Shown here piece after piece: positions 10,101 to 21,039 of a stretch of 34,936 bases of DNA (the stretch's first letter is position 1; every line of letters starts with the position of its first letter). Both the position numbers and the translations under genes were made by a program. Where the stretch lies: NCBI GenBank assembly GCA_023334545.1, contig JAADVB010000204.1:1-34936 (forward strand), read 5' to 3'. The notes below the pieces were generated by a model. It searched no databases. It saw only the letters and a program-made list of their open reading frames with translations, and had not been told where the DNA came from. Source of the DNA: Salisapilia sapeloensis CBS 127946. Lineage: Eukaryota > Protista > Oomycota.

Positions 10101-11094
10101 CGACTGGGCTGTCGTGACGGTTGTCGTTGTCGTCAGCTTCACGACGATCGGACTGCAGGACTCGATCGGTGCTGGGTCCGCAGGCATCGCGCTATCCTAC
10201 GCCATCCAGCTCACGATGCTCTTCCAACGCGTCATGCTCCTCGCGAGTCAAGTAGAAAACTACATGACGTCGTACGAACGCATTTCGTTCTATGGCGAGC
10301 TGGATGAAGAAGGACATACGATGAAGCGCCAGGAGAAGTCTCCACCGTCGAACTGGCCAACGAAAGGCTCCGTCACGTTCGACACTGTCTCCATGCGCTA
10401 TCGACCTGGACTCGACCTCGTCCTCCAGAACGTCTCTTTCCACGTCCAGAGTGGACAAAAGATTGGTGTATGTGGACGAACAGGATCAGGGAAGAGTACA
10501 ATCATGAACGCACTCTTTCGTGTCGTGGAATGTTCGAGTGGTCGTATCCTAATTGACAATGTGGACATCTCGACACTATCGCTGCAGCAACTTCGATCGA
10601 ACCTCACGATCATCCCACAGGACCCTGTGCTCTTCAGCGGTACACTACGCTACAACCTCGATCCATTCGATGAACAGGACGATGCAGCCTTGTGGGATGT
10701 GTTGCGTAAAGTCCATTTAAAGGATGATGTCGATCGATGGGACGCTGGACTCGAGTACGAAGTCACGGAACAAGGAGATAACTTGTCCGTTGGTCAGAGA
10801 CAGCTCCTTTGCATCGCTCGAGCACTGCTCCGTCCATCTAAGATCATGGTGCTCGACGAAGCCACAGCCAACGTCGATCAGGAGCTCGATCGACGCATCC
10901 AACTAACCGTCAAGGAGAACTTTGCCGACCGGACGACACTGACGATCGCACATCGACTCGAGACAATCGCCGATAGTGATCTCATCCTTGTGCTAGACCA
11001 CGGACGTGTACAAGAGTACGATTCACCTAAGAACCTACTTCAGAAGCCTAATGGAGTGTTCGCCGCACTCATGGAAAGCGCTGCACAGCACTAG
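7171..11094 (+). CDS. ABC transporter, ABCC/MRP subfamily, full length (TMD-NBD-TMD-NBD, ~1307 aa), intronless
   Basis: Walker A GAVGSGKS and GRTGSGKS; signatures LSGGQ and LSVGQ; Walker B IMILDD and IMVLDE; ABCC hallmark GRILNRFSRD. First ATG is at 7171; the ORF track starts at a GTG at 7111. Confidence 0.95.
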   Translation: MSKSPGTEFTSLESPAPHVKTGPRDNPLDRANWLQKVTLLWLDGVIRDAHDHGVSEDRGYRLPKNDRADVLADRFDRAYALEQERCRSSNKQPMLYRPLFSSVKEIFFVALAAYLFSAAFTVLQPLVVKSLLLYLQDSDNMFGIVSGYGLAAFLVATALGNVTALDYAQFLTTRMGLNLRTIAIDAMYRKMLRLTAGARQSLTSGDILTLTGVDSERLFEAGRLGMFSIMSPLILITVCILLGIEMGWQVGLAAFILSFLILAYALHTSRQIGSCRRLILEVSGKRVNMLNEVLQGVRVVKMYAWEDSVNARVQELRKEEIRLLRIYDYLRVRNVVLLFLGHVLMNAVCFFVYIFLGNTLTVPTTFSMLTFSGVCRVPFSVFSNAVVYCSEGNTSLRRISAFLAKEELDRENMERLEPQEQGVDIEIRDGDFDWAEDKGDTEHTDRPLLSNINLSIEKGSLTVVVGAVGSGKSSLVSAILGEMHKRKGTCAVRGSVAYASQQPWILHNSVRENITFGTTFDKTLYQRVLSACQLKSDLAVLQDGDQTEIGERGINLSGGQKARVTLARVMYRKEADIMILDDPLSALDVHVANSVFFDGVMGLAKEKTCLLVLNAHYHLLPHADRILVLDGGEIVGDGTFNELKNTFTFLESEPPTEAEEQDHVREPSLDHSSGQRNSIRSSMHSETEDTTLDLVDNSDAVSAVSVFSEDEHEDKKPQKLWVAEDQKKGSMGMRIYTHFLGESGHSGVLVLILLLIAFGLTQVVMTGSDYYVTFWSEGIMDALSDKTLLYYYLGVVGLTIIMTGVRSIFLMEVFIRCGRALHNRYFVKVLLAPVNAFFDVTPLGRILNRFSRDLDQLDSPLPYFALQLIAYGMTVLSVFVVCAVSSYYTLILYVPLVLGAYYAQRYFQKTARDLKRIDGVTRSPFLNLVSETTSGIESIRSFGMTRQYATRSRELLDHNSSFYFLYHMATRWYSMRVDWAVVTVVVVVSFTTIGLQDSIGAGSAGIALSYAIQLTMLFQRVMLLASQVENYMTSYERISFYGELDEEGHTMKRQEKSPPSNWPTKGSVTFDTVSMRYRPGLDLVLQNVSFHVQSGQKIGVCGRTGSGKSTIMNALFRVVECSSGRILIDNVDISTLSLQQLRSNLTIIPQDPVLFSGTLRYNLDPFDEQDDAALWDVLRKVHLKDDVDRWDAGLEYEVTEQGDNLSVGQRQLLCIARALLRPSKIMVLDEATANVDQELDRRIQLTVKENFADRTTLTIAHRLETIADSDLILVLDHGRVQEYDSPKNLLQKPNGVFAALMESAAQH

Positions 11095-11157
11095 TACGAC
11101 ATACACAAACGAAACAAGAATTCAAAAGTTGCATTTGAAAGCAAACGTAGTTGGAAT

Positions 11158-13012
11158 CTATTGGTCCTTCTTACTGTCCGCGGGTTCTTCCTGCTCCTCA
11201 TCCTCTTCCTCGCTATCAGTCGAGTCCTCACCATTCATCACTTGTTCAAACAGCGTCGGCTCATTATCCAGCTCCAAGTCCTCTGGATGTGGCTCAAACG
11301 CCGGCAGATTCGCTTTCGGAACCACGTTAAACTAATACAAAACCTTAGTCATACGATAGCAAACATAGATACTAGACAAGAGGTACCTTGGCGAGTGCAC
11401 GCATGTCGACACCGACGTACGAGTCCGACTTGACAAAGATGTCGAGCTGGTACGTACCAGCCTTGGGTGGAGCTTGCAGCTGCAACTTGAGCTCTGCTTC
11501 CCGCTCCTGCGACGTGATCTTCCCAGACGAGTGCAAGTGGTTTGTCTTGGCGTCGCCTACGACGACGAACCAACGCTCCATCTTGGGGAACGGGAAGTGC
11601 GGCGCATACACGAGCTCACACGTATCTCCCTCCTGCACATTCTTCCGCGTCATCTTGACCGTCACGGTCATGATATCCCCTTCCGCGATTTCGTTCTCGT
11701 CTTCCACCTTGACTGTAATCGCGAGTTCGAGGTTTGGCATCTGCTTGAGCACTCGCTCGACGTCCTCCTTCTGGCTGTCAGTCAAGTCGTTCAGTCCCTT
11801 CCGCTCAGATGGCTCCATGTTAATGTACTGGTGCATGGATCGACAGGCGTTCTTGCCCGAGATGATGTGTCGCACCTCGTTCTCGGTCAAGTGCGGCAAT
11901 TGGAGGAACGGCGCGTCCTTGACCCACATGCCTTGCGTCAAGAACTGCTGCAGCTCGACGAGGTTGAGCGTCGTCTGGAGCCAGCCTTTCATGACCGAGA
12001 TCTCCATCATACCATCCACGAGTGACGGCACAGCCTGCTTGAGCATCGTGTCCAAGTCCTCGCGCAGTCCATCGCTTAGTGGAGCTTTGAGCAAGTGCGC
12101 GTGCAAGAGGATGTTGGCTTTGGCGATCGCCGGGTGGTTGTACTTTGGTTTGGCAATCATCTCCTGCGCTTTAAACTTCTTAAAGAGTGCCCCGAGCTCC
12201 TGTTCATCCGACGGTCGCTTCGGCAGCTCGCGGAATTCAGCCGAGCCGGCGAGAATCTCCGGTAGCATACGCGTATGCGCGTGCTCCGACATGGCAAAGT
12301 TGTAAAAGCCGTACGTGTCGTACATGATCATTGAGTCGCCATACTTTTTCGAGTGCGAGTACCATAACGCGACGCAGGAAGGGATGGCGACGACGAGCAC
12401 GATGAGGTAGACGAAGAGCACTAAGAGATGGTTCTCCGGGTCAAGTAAGAACGTCGGTAGACCGATAGATAGCTGAAGTGCCTGTCGTCCATCCGGATTA
12501 CCATACTTTTCATAGTTCTCCTTGGCAACTTCATCCGTCAGCGCTTCATACGCTTTCGCGACGAGCATGAACTTTTGTTCGGCGACACTGTCTCCTGGAT
12601 TCTTATCCGGGTGGAACTTGAGACTCTGTGTACGATAAGCACGTTTAATCTGTCGCTCCGTCGCATCGGATGCAATGTCGAGAATCTCAAACGGATCAAA
12701 GCTCTTAATCTCCGAGTTTTCACGTAGTAAAGTCGCCATTTGGACGAGTGCTACCCATAGACATACAAGGACAACGAGGTGAGCTACGAAACCTAACGTA
12801 AACACATTGCGTAGTCCAGTCTTTTGTTTCTGTAGATGCTGCAGCTTCTTGGCTTCACGCTCACAACGGACGCTCGACGTATCCACCAGTCGATGTTTCA
12901 AAAAGACACCATACACGATACGTCGCAACGCTAAGAACGTCATTGGCACGACGTATAGAGCACACATGCTCAATGCAAAGTAGTAGAACGCCGAGTCGTC
13001 GTACTCGAGCAT
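11158..13012 (-). CDS. SEC63: Translocon subunit SEC63 (J-domain, ~599 aa, 2 exons)
   Basis: Three TM segments, a J-domain with HPD (KFHPDKN), a Sec63/Brl domain, and intron 11332-11386 leading to an acidic C-terminal tail. Confidence 0.93.
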
Positions 13013-13047
13013 TGTCTTTCTCCGTCTGAATTATCTCTGGCAGCTCG

Positions 13048-13080
13048 TCCACGTGGAGCTCCTATCTCTCGTCTGATTGG
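13048..13080. promoter_or_regulatory. Palindrome tccacgtgga (E-box core) plus CCAAT box (ctgattgg) in the SEC63/HECT divergent promoter
   Basis: Perfect 10-bp palindrome at 13048-13057 and ctgattgg at 13073-13080 in a 162-bp intergenic. Confidence 0.35.
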
Positions 13081-13174
13081 TAGAAATGCTGAATAAAAAC
13101 CAACACAAACACTTTTGGGGACATCGACTTTTGTGGGAGAAGCCAGCGTCGACTGTATATTCGCCAGCTAGACG

Positions 13175-15320
13175 ATGGACGGAGGTGCGGTGTCTGCGAT
13201 TGTCCTCTCCATCTTCATCGTCGTCCTTGGTGTCGTCCTATGGTGTTTCTGTGGCGCGAAGAAGCCACGGACGTACGAACATCCACGACGATATCCGCAT
13301 GAACGACAGAGCGCCGAGGCATTCTTCGTGACGGAGAACCCAGATGTATACAGGGAAGAGCTCACGGACAGGTACTTTATCTCGCTCTTTGGCTTCTTTA
13401 GATGCATGCTGACGCGCATATAGCTTTGTCGAACACGCACTCTGGCGATGTGGCGTATGTCAATTCCGGAATCATCCAGAGCGACAAGCATGCGATTTAT
13501 GCCAGACACGACGTGGTCATGGCCGCGTCACGTTATCAACACAATCGAGCTGGTCTAAGAACAATAGTGTCAATCGCATAGGAGAACGTAGTGAATCTGG
13601 CCACTCACTTCCTCGTAAATCATCCGACGGATCGTCCAACTCATCGACGTCACCACGAGGCAAAGACATTCACACGACATCCAATAGCCATAATAGGAAG
13701 AATCCTGGACCCCTTAGTAAACTACAGCTAGCAGCTAGTCGTCGACAGCAGTGGAAACGCATGCCGACGACGGACGGACTGCATCGATGGGTTCGTCAGA
13801 AGATGAAAAAGTCTTCGAGCGAAAGACGGCGGCATGCACATGATAATAATACATCCACTAGACTCTCTTCCAGTACAAATTACTCCACTAGCTCTGCTGG
13901 AGGTAGGCTAGATGACCGAGAAAGTATGCTATCCACAGGCTACGTCCGAGTTCGTGATTCGAACGGCAAGCTCGTGCTCAACGAGTCGGACGCCGTCGCT
14001 ACAGACTTCCACTATCGCGTGAATGTCCTCAACCCGGCTGGATCTACGGCTTCGGAGCTCGTGATGAACCTCGAGTCTCTGCATAATAAACCATTTCCGG
14101 AGAAGATTCGATGGTTCTCCACGGAGCTCCATCGTCTATGGCTGCCATGGGAGTCCGGGCATGCAGAGCTCGTGATAAGACGGACGCACGTGCTACAGGA
14201 CTCATATCAGGTCGTTCTCGCCATGAAACCGTTCCAGCTGCGTCAACGCTGGCGCGTCATGTTTGTGGATGAACCAGGACTGGACGCTGGCGGTGTCATG
14301 CGCGAGTGGTTCATGCTCGTCTTTGCAGAGCTGTTCGATCCTGCGAATGGCATCTTCCAGTCGACAGTCGGCGACGAACGTAGCTACTGGATCAACCCGA
14401 ACTCGGCGTCGGAAGCGATTGATCATCTGTCCTACTACGAGTTCGCAGGCAGATTAATCGGCAAAGCGATCTTAGAAGAGCATCTCGTGCCAGTGCACTT
14501 GGCGCTACCGATGCTCAAGCACATTCTAGGTGTCCCGATCTCCTTCTCCGATCTCCAATTCCTGGATGATGAAATCTACACGAGTGCCATGACCGTGAAA
14601 CACATTGAAGACATTGAACCGCTTTGTCTCGACTTTACTGTCACGAGAATCGTGAATGGGAAGCCACAGGTACAGGAATTGATGGAAGGCGGGAGTGAGA
14701 TTGATGTGACGAGAGACAATAAGGACGAGTATCTCGAAGCACTCTTCCGATACTATGTCATGGACAGCGTATCTGAGCAGCTCCTAGCGTTCTTGGCTGC
14801 GCTCTATGATGTCGTACCGGAAGGTCTTTTGAAACTATTTGACTATCAAGAGCTCGAGCTGCTCATGTGCGGTGTACCGCACATCGATATGGATGACTGG
14901 CGAAAGCACTCGGACTTTCGCTTCTACACACCAGACGCACCGACCGAGTTGGAACTGCTGAATATGCAATGGCTGTGGGAGGTCATCACCGAGATGAAGG
15001 ACGAACAGCGCGTGCGTCTGCTCCAATTCGCCACCGGTACCAGTCGCGTACCAGCCCAAGGCTTTAAGGTACTGTATTTCGTGCCTGTATGTATTTGGAG
15101 AAGCGTACTAAGGTATATGCTGTAGGGTTTGATTAGCAGCGATGGACGGATTCGTAGGTTTAATGTTGCGTTTGTTGGTAAGAACCCGCCGTCACTCTAT
15201 CCGAAGGCGCATACGTGCTTCAATCGTCTCGACTTGCCCATCTACTCGTCCAAGAAAGTGCTAGCAGAGTACTTGCACCTGATCGTCCAAATGGACATTA
15301 CAGGCTTTACGATCGAATAG
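13175..15320 (+). CDS. HECT E3 ubiquitin ligase with N-terminal TM anchor and RanBP2/NZF-type zinc finger (~678 aa, 3 exons)
   Basis: Introns 13372-13423 and 15069-15125 join ORFs 13175, 13761 and 15129 in frame. Features: TM AIVLSIFIVVLGVVLWCFC; zinc finger WRCGVCQFRNHPERQACDLC; HECT motifs GLDAGGVMREWF, RLLQFATGTSRVP and catalytic AHTCFNRLDLP. Confidence 0.88.
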
Positions 15321-15380
15321 GCGATTGACTGCGTTCATATTTATGACAAACAAGTAGACGTTGATTGTACGTCTCGTGCT

Positions 15381-17442
15381 TCATCTAGCTCTAGTACAAT
15401 TGTCGTCTAGAGGGAGTTGGAGACTAGTAGGTAGTGACGTAGCTGGAGATCTAAGGAAATGAAATCAATGGGGTCAAACGTTAATCAAGTTCATGTCTAC
15501 TATACCTGTAGTCTTGGGATTTACAATGAGGGTCATGACACTTTTGAAAGAAGACTCGGGTTGCCATATCCACGACGAACATGATGTTGTTACTCTTGTG
15601 CTCTCGTCCGATGTTTTCACACCATCGATTCCCTTTCATGTGGAATACGATAGTTTTCGGTAGCTTTTGATCACTAGAGCTCTCGTCTTGGTCATAGAAC
15701 TCCTGGACGGATCGAATTGCCCCTTGCTTACCACCTCGAGTCGCTTGACGAAGGATAAACGTATCCAGTAGTGGAAACTTTGACTTTTCACTTTCCACCG
15801 GCTTCACGTCCGATGTCTTTGGACGATCGGAGAGACTACGGTTCGTGCTCACGACTTTCGAGTGGTCTCCACACTCAAGCAGACGGACACGAGAGACTCC
15901 ATCCGATGATTGGACTGCTTCTGCATTCGGAAACGGACACACGAGTGAATTGATAAAGTCTTGCTTATCTAGACCGAGGTCTGCTTGTGGAGCTACAGCG
16001 CTATTGAGAGGATGTAAGCGTAGGAAAGCGTGCTTCCGGTACTTGGAAGAACCGAGTACTCGGAACATGCGATTGCGAGTGTAGACACCAGTATCGATAA
16101 AGAGCTGCTTATCTTTCGTCTCGGCATCCGTGACGACCATAAATTCATTATCTGGGTCTGTTCCGATGTAGTTGTGGATCAGTTCACGTACAAACTAAGG
16201 CACATGCGTCGATTTTTAGGTCGTGACCAGCAGGTATGATAAAATGAAAGAGCTTACCGCTCCTACATGCAGGTTGTTTGTAAAGAGTGCTTCGTTCGGT
16301 AGATGTATCTGATCACTAGAGTAAGTTCATGACTAAAGAGATGATAAAGACTTTGTGCGCACGATCAAATGACGACTGAACTTGGCAGTCGTGGACGAAT
16401 CGAGCTGGATAAAGTGTTCTGGACGGACTGGTAGATGGTACTGGAATAGCATCTCCTCTTGGATAATCCCCACGAGACGGTGGAGTAGAGCGTCTCCATC
16501 CACATTCGGATTCAGCTCCTTCATAAACTCTGCTTTCGGACGTTAGACATCCATCTACTTTACTAGTAATAGACACATGTACCTAGATCGAAATACAGTC
16601 TGCATGGCACTCCCTCTCGTATGATCTCATATACATGCCGCTGGTCTGGTGGAGAGTCCAAATAGCCATCCCAGAAGGTGTCGAACGAGGTTACGAGAAA
16701 TCGACGGCGACCATCACTAGCACTCTCAAAGCTCATGACGTAAGGATACTCCATCTCTTTCTTACCGAGCTGCTTTCGAAAGGAGACGATCCGATCAGCA
16801 AACTCAAAGGCTTCACGCTGGCGTGGAAACGTACTTGAGATCGGAGCGGTGCCTTCGAGTTGGCAAAGATGAGAATGAGAAACACGAAACTTGAGTTTTT
16901 GATAGAACTCTTGCCATGCTGGAGATGCCGAGAACTGTGCTTTTGGCAAGCGGTCTTGAGATCCGTAGAATGTACTTACAGATAATGTCTTCCGCTTCTT
17001 TGCCACATGCGACTTGGAAGATAAAGCCACTAGGTCTTTCGCACCTTCCGACAGCGGCAAAGATGGAATGAACGCCACGGCATTGGAAAGCCATTGTGCT
17101 GCGATTTCATTTGACTCGATACGATCGGAATCGTTGGTAGATGTAGATAAATTAAAGAGAAAAGCGCATTCATCTCCATCCGGCATAGACTTGCGAAGTA
17201 AGATCGTAGTGGAAAAGATAGAAGGACTAGTAGACGTTAGCGATGATACACCAATGTATATGCATTTGAACGTACCTATACACATCGACGCACTGTAGCT
17301 GATCTTCTGGATACAGCCTTGTAGCTTCGAAAGTCTCCATTTGTATCGATCGGTATCCGTCGTCGTCCGTTAGTAGCTCAATTTGGACGTTTTCAGAGAC
17401 GCCTTGTAGCTCCGCCTCCTCCATATTGACAATCTCCTCCAT
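15381..17442 (-). CDS. PRIMPOL: PrimPol (CCDC111-type AEP primase-polymerase with UL52-like zinc finger), ~595 aa, 6 exons
   Basis: Introns 17227-17275, 16530-16582, 16309-16362, 16195-16257 and 15451-15505. Motif I RLYFDLE (split by an intron), motif II KFSRHL, motif III FIDTGVYTRNRMFR. Zinc finger RWCENIGREHKSN...QKCHDPHC. Exon 1 is less certain. Confidence 0.9.
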
Positions 17443-17533
17443 CCTCGTGGCTGTATCGCCTTGCCAAAAGCTACAGGACGCATAATAGACGCGTCGAGTG
17501 TTATACATACTTCTTGTCGCACGTGAAAAACGA

Positions 17534-18476
17534 ATGGGTAAGAAGAAGCGGCGCGACGATGGTGAAAGCAGTGCACCGATTATCTACTGCTACTACTGCG
17601 AACGTAAATTCAAGGACGAAAAGCTACTCATTCAGCACCAGAAAGCACGACATTTCAAATGCCAGACATGCCACAAGAAGCTTAGCACGGCCGGTGGCAT
17701 GGTCGTGCACGTGCTGCAAGTGCACAAGGAGACGCTAAAAACCGTGCCAAACGCTAAACCAGGTCGAGATAGTGCCGAGATAGAGATATATGGCATGGAA
17801 GGCATTCCAAATAACAGTAATTGGCACTTGACGCACACAATATCACCTAGCTACATGTACTGATCCTTTCGACGACCTGTAGACACCTATGGAGTGAAGA
17901 GACTCAAGACTGGAGCCGCGGTACCTCCTCCTCCAGCTCCAATGTACGGCGCAGCTCCAACTTACACAGCTCCACCACCGATGGCACCCGGGTATTGGCA
18001 ACCTCCGCCTCCAGTGGCAGGAAGAGCTTATCCCCCACCTGCCTATCCAGCGACCTCGTATGTACCTAGACCTGTATACCCTCCTCAGGGGTTCGTCCAG
18101 CCTCCTCCTCCACCGTACGATACTCTTGTAGCTCTTGGATCACCAAAGCTGATCGTTGTCGATAGGTATGCCCGACCTCCATCCGCATGGCCTACCGCCA
18201 CCTCTGCAGCACCAGTATATAGTCATCCACCACCTCCAAAGACCAGTGTTCAAGCGCCAGTGCCAAAAAAAACAAATCCAGTTACGAAGGAGACTGCCGG
18301 CAGCACAACAGAGTCTAGTAACCAGGATACCACAGAGCCAAAGGTAACCTTCCTTCTCTAGACAGCATACTCTCGTACTCAATCTTCTATCTACATATAA
18401 TTTAATCGGCTGATAGGATAGGAAGCAATCTGAACACGAGAAGGAACCGACGGACGGGACGAATCAAGCAGCTTAA
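17534..18476 (+). CDS. ZNF207: BuGZ/ZNF207-like (SUF4-like) C2H2 zinc-finger protein with Pro-rich tail (~250 aa)
   Basis: [46 protein letters not shown]...[10 protein letters not shown]...IYGMEGIP. Introns 17817-17882, 18115-18165 and 18344-18416. The last is tentative; the alternative stop is at 18361. Confidence 0.85.
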
Positions 18477-18629
18477 GAGAACCTTGTACCATGTACATCC
18501 ACTTGTTTCCACTTTTGTCTCTTTCCATCACGTCTGCTATATCCCAATGCAACATGTACTCCCCAAAATAATTTTCCTTTCCTTTCGTTCTCTACCTACT
18601 CTTGTGTCTATCTAGCTCTTCTCGGAGTG

Positions 18630-20873
18630 CTACATGTCTGCATATCCTCCATACTTGGAGCAATAGTTATGGAAATCTCCGCCGTTGCTTTGATTGCTAC
18701 CAGCCCTCCTCTCTTCACGACTAGAAGTCCTCTCGACTCGTCTCATCGTGTCTTCAGGCAGATCCAAACCTGCTTGACTCCAGTTCCGGCCAGAAGATGG
18801 CGGCGGCTGGAAATTCGTTCGAGCAGCAACTCGTGTACGTTCCTGGATCGTCGGATACTCTGGAGCGGATGTAGCGGATGATATGCTGCCATCCCGCTGG
18901 AAAGATGCGAGATCAAACGCACGAGTTGTCTTGGAATATCCCAGCTTCTCGCCTCGAGCACAACTGCCGATCGAATTACTAGATGCAGCCATCGTCGTCA
19001 AGAGATGATCAAAGTTTTCCTGATTAAACGACTTGGTCCGTCTCCTTCTTCTCGGCTCATGAAGACTCGTGGGGGGACTCTTGACAAACTCTCGTCCTTG
19101 TCTCTGATGCGCTGCCGCAGCCTGAGGAGAATCGTAGACTCGTAGGAAGAAATGAGATGGAGATGGATCCTCCGTCTCAATGTCCGTGCAAGCTCCGGAC
19201 GGACGAAGGCTTGGAGCGTTGTAATCGTCCGTGTGATGGCTTCTAAGGAAAGACCGACGAAGTAGTCGAATGTGCGTTCTCGTCTGATCACGACTGCTTC
19301 CGAGATTTACATCCACGTCCTCTGACTTGGTGTTCAGATCGACAAAGATACCTGTGAGACCCATGACGAGCACGAGGCTAGGCATCGTCAAAGGTGTGAT
19401 TATGAAGAGAGCAAGTGCTGGTAGTAGGATCATGACGAAGAGCAAGTACTGGTCCGAACTATTCGCGATAGCTGGTCCTTCCACGAGAGACATCCAGGTC
19501 AAGTAGAACGCTTGTCCGATCGTCGCGAACTGGAAGAGACGCAAGAGGAAGCGAGGACTGTGGAACCAGAAGCGGTCGTCATGGTGATGCAATTGGCTAT
19601 GGCACAGCACGGACATCTGCATACGGATGACCGCTCGTACTGCCGTCGCAACAGATTTGAAGCTCGGATGCTTCTTCTGACCTGTATGCTCACTCCGTTG
19701 CCTCGTGAATCGCTCCTGAATGTCGTTTATGGAGATTACACGCAAGCGGTCGTCTACGATGCCTTTCAGGATGTGCAGCACCTTAAAGAAGATGACTACG
19801 TTCGTAAAAAGGAGAAGGACACCGATGCCAATGAAGATATAGTGCTCATTGTCCGGATACAAGGACGGTAAAATGCAGATGACAAGCAACAAGAGCAATG
19901 CACTAGGATGCAGCTCCGAGATGTGGAAGAGTAGGTTGCGCATGCACAGGACGTGGTACTTGTCGTACGTCATGTCCGACCTCTTCTTCCTTTTCCGACT
20001 CGCGTCCACACCAAAGAGGCGTTCCACCTCCTCTGGGTTCTTGTAGATGTATCCTGATCGGTGCTGACAGATATTGTACGCTAATAGCTCGAAGCTCTTC
20101 CACAAGTTGTACTGCTTCTTCAGATTGAAACGAAAGCTCCAGCCTTCTCGCTGGTATCGTTGCAATAGCAAGCTGTACGCCTTGGACCCGAGAGCGAGGT
20201 CCATGCCGGACGCTTCACGCTTGAGTGCTGAGTTACGAGGACGCCTGTCAGATAAAGGTGGGACGTTTGGATCCTCATGCATCCACTGCATCCTGTTCGA
20301 GTATGGTGAATCCATGAGCTCCCTTCCACTGTCCGATTCAAAGCTACCTCGCACGTCATCATGGAAAAAGTTATTGTCCTCATCTTCCAATGGAGACGAC
20401 GGATCTTTACTGCGTATCTCCCACACTAGCTTCGGTACAACCGTACCAATGAAGAGTAGGAGGAGTACGATCAAAATGTAATACATCATCGTGAGGAAGA
20501 CTAGGTAATGGAAGAACTCGTATAGGTGCAGCTCAGCTGTAGATGACAGCGTGTCATCATCTCCGAGAGGCAACCTGGACATGGCACCACTTGTATTCAG
20601 TGTAAAGATGACCATCGAGATAAAGCCGAGGATCATGAGCTCTTCGAAGATACGGTTGACAATAAGTCCGAGCTGCGGGCATGAAATGGATTTGCGAATA
20701 TGTCGAATTAGATGATCAATCGCGACGGAGAGAATGACGATGACACCCAGGAGAAAGACAGCAGTAGGGAGGTTGTCATGTAGACAATAGGTATTCGCGA
20801 CGCCGAGGAACGCCACCGGATCCGCACACACACCACCTCCTTCTCCACCTCCAAGCTCTCGATCCACCTTCAT
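18630..20873 (-). CDS. MLO: MLO-like 7-TM protein (747 aa), intronless
   Basis: MLO hallmarks: EELMILGFISM, FKVLHIL, DDRFWFHSPRFLL and the TM7 segment IITPLTMPSLVLVMG. Seven hydrophobic segments and a long C-terminal tail. Confidence 0.75.
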   Translation of the reverse strand: MKVDRELGGGEGGGVCADPVAFLGVANTYCLHDNLPTAVFLLGVIVILSVAIDHLIRHIRKSISCPQLGLIVNRIFEELMILGFISMVIFTLNTSGAMSRLPLGDDDTLSSTAELHLYEFFHYLVFLTMMYYILIVLLLLFIGTVVPKLVWEIRSKDPSSPLEDEDNNFFHDDVRGSFESDSGRELMDSPYSNRMQWMHEDPNVPPLSDRRPRNSALKREASGMDLALGSKAYSLLLQRYQREGWSFRFNLKKQYNLWKSFELLAYNICQHRSGYIYKNPEEVERLFGVDASRKRKKRSDMTYDKYHVLCMRNLLFHISELHPSALLLLLVICILPSLYPDNEHYIFIGIGVLLLFTNVVIFFKVLHILKGIVDDRLRVISINDIQERFTRQRSEHTGQKKHPSFKSVATAVRAVIRMQMSVLCHSQLHHHDDRFWFHSPRFLLRLFQFATIGQAFYLTWMSLVEGPAIANSSDQYLLFVMILLPALALFIITPLTMPSLVLVMGLTGIFVDLNTKSEDVDVNLGSSRDQTRTHIRLLRRSFLRSHHTDDYNAPSLRPSGACTDIETEDPSPSHFFLRVYDSPQAAAAHQRQGREFVKSPPTSLHEPRRRRRTKSFNQENFDHLLTTMAASSNSIGSCARGEKLGYSKTTRAFDLASFQRDGSISSATSAPEYPTIQERTRVAARTNFQPPPSSGRNWSQAGLDLPEDTMRRVERTSSREERRAGSNQSNGGDFHNYCSKYGGYADM

Positions 20874-21039
20874 GCTAGTGAAGTTTCGGAAAATCGTTTT
20901 ATGAGATCTACTGAACGTCTACTTCTTGAAACGGTGGTAGACGATCGCCGACAGTCTGTCGATTCCCATACCCAGTAATGCATCCACAGTCCAGCCGAGC
21001 GGTGCGACTCTTCATCTGGATCGAGCGATACCTCCGATC

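Noticed and set aside
11388-12305. 305-aa antisense ORF over SEC63
   Set aside because: Ser-rich mirror frame with no motifs; explained by codon bias of the sense gene
13175-13423. Stand-alone 82-aa membrane peptide
   Set aside because: Better explained as exon 1 of the HECT gene; its stop is the intron's TAG acceptor
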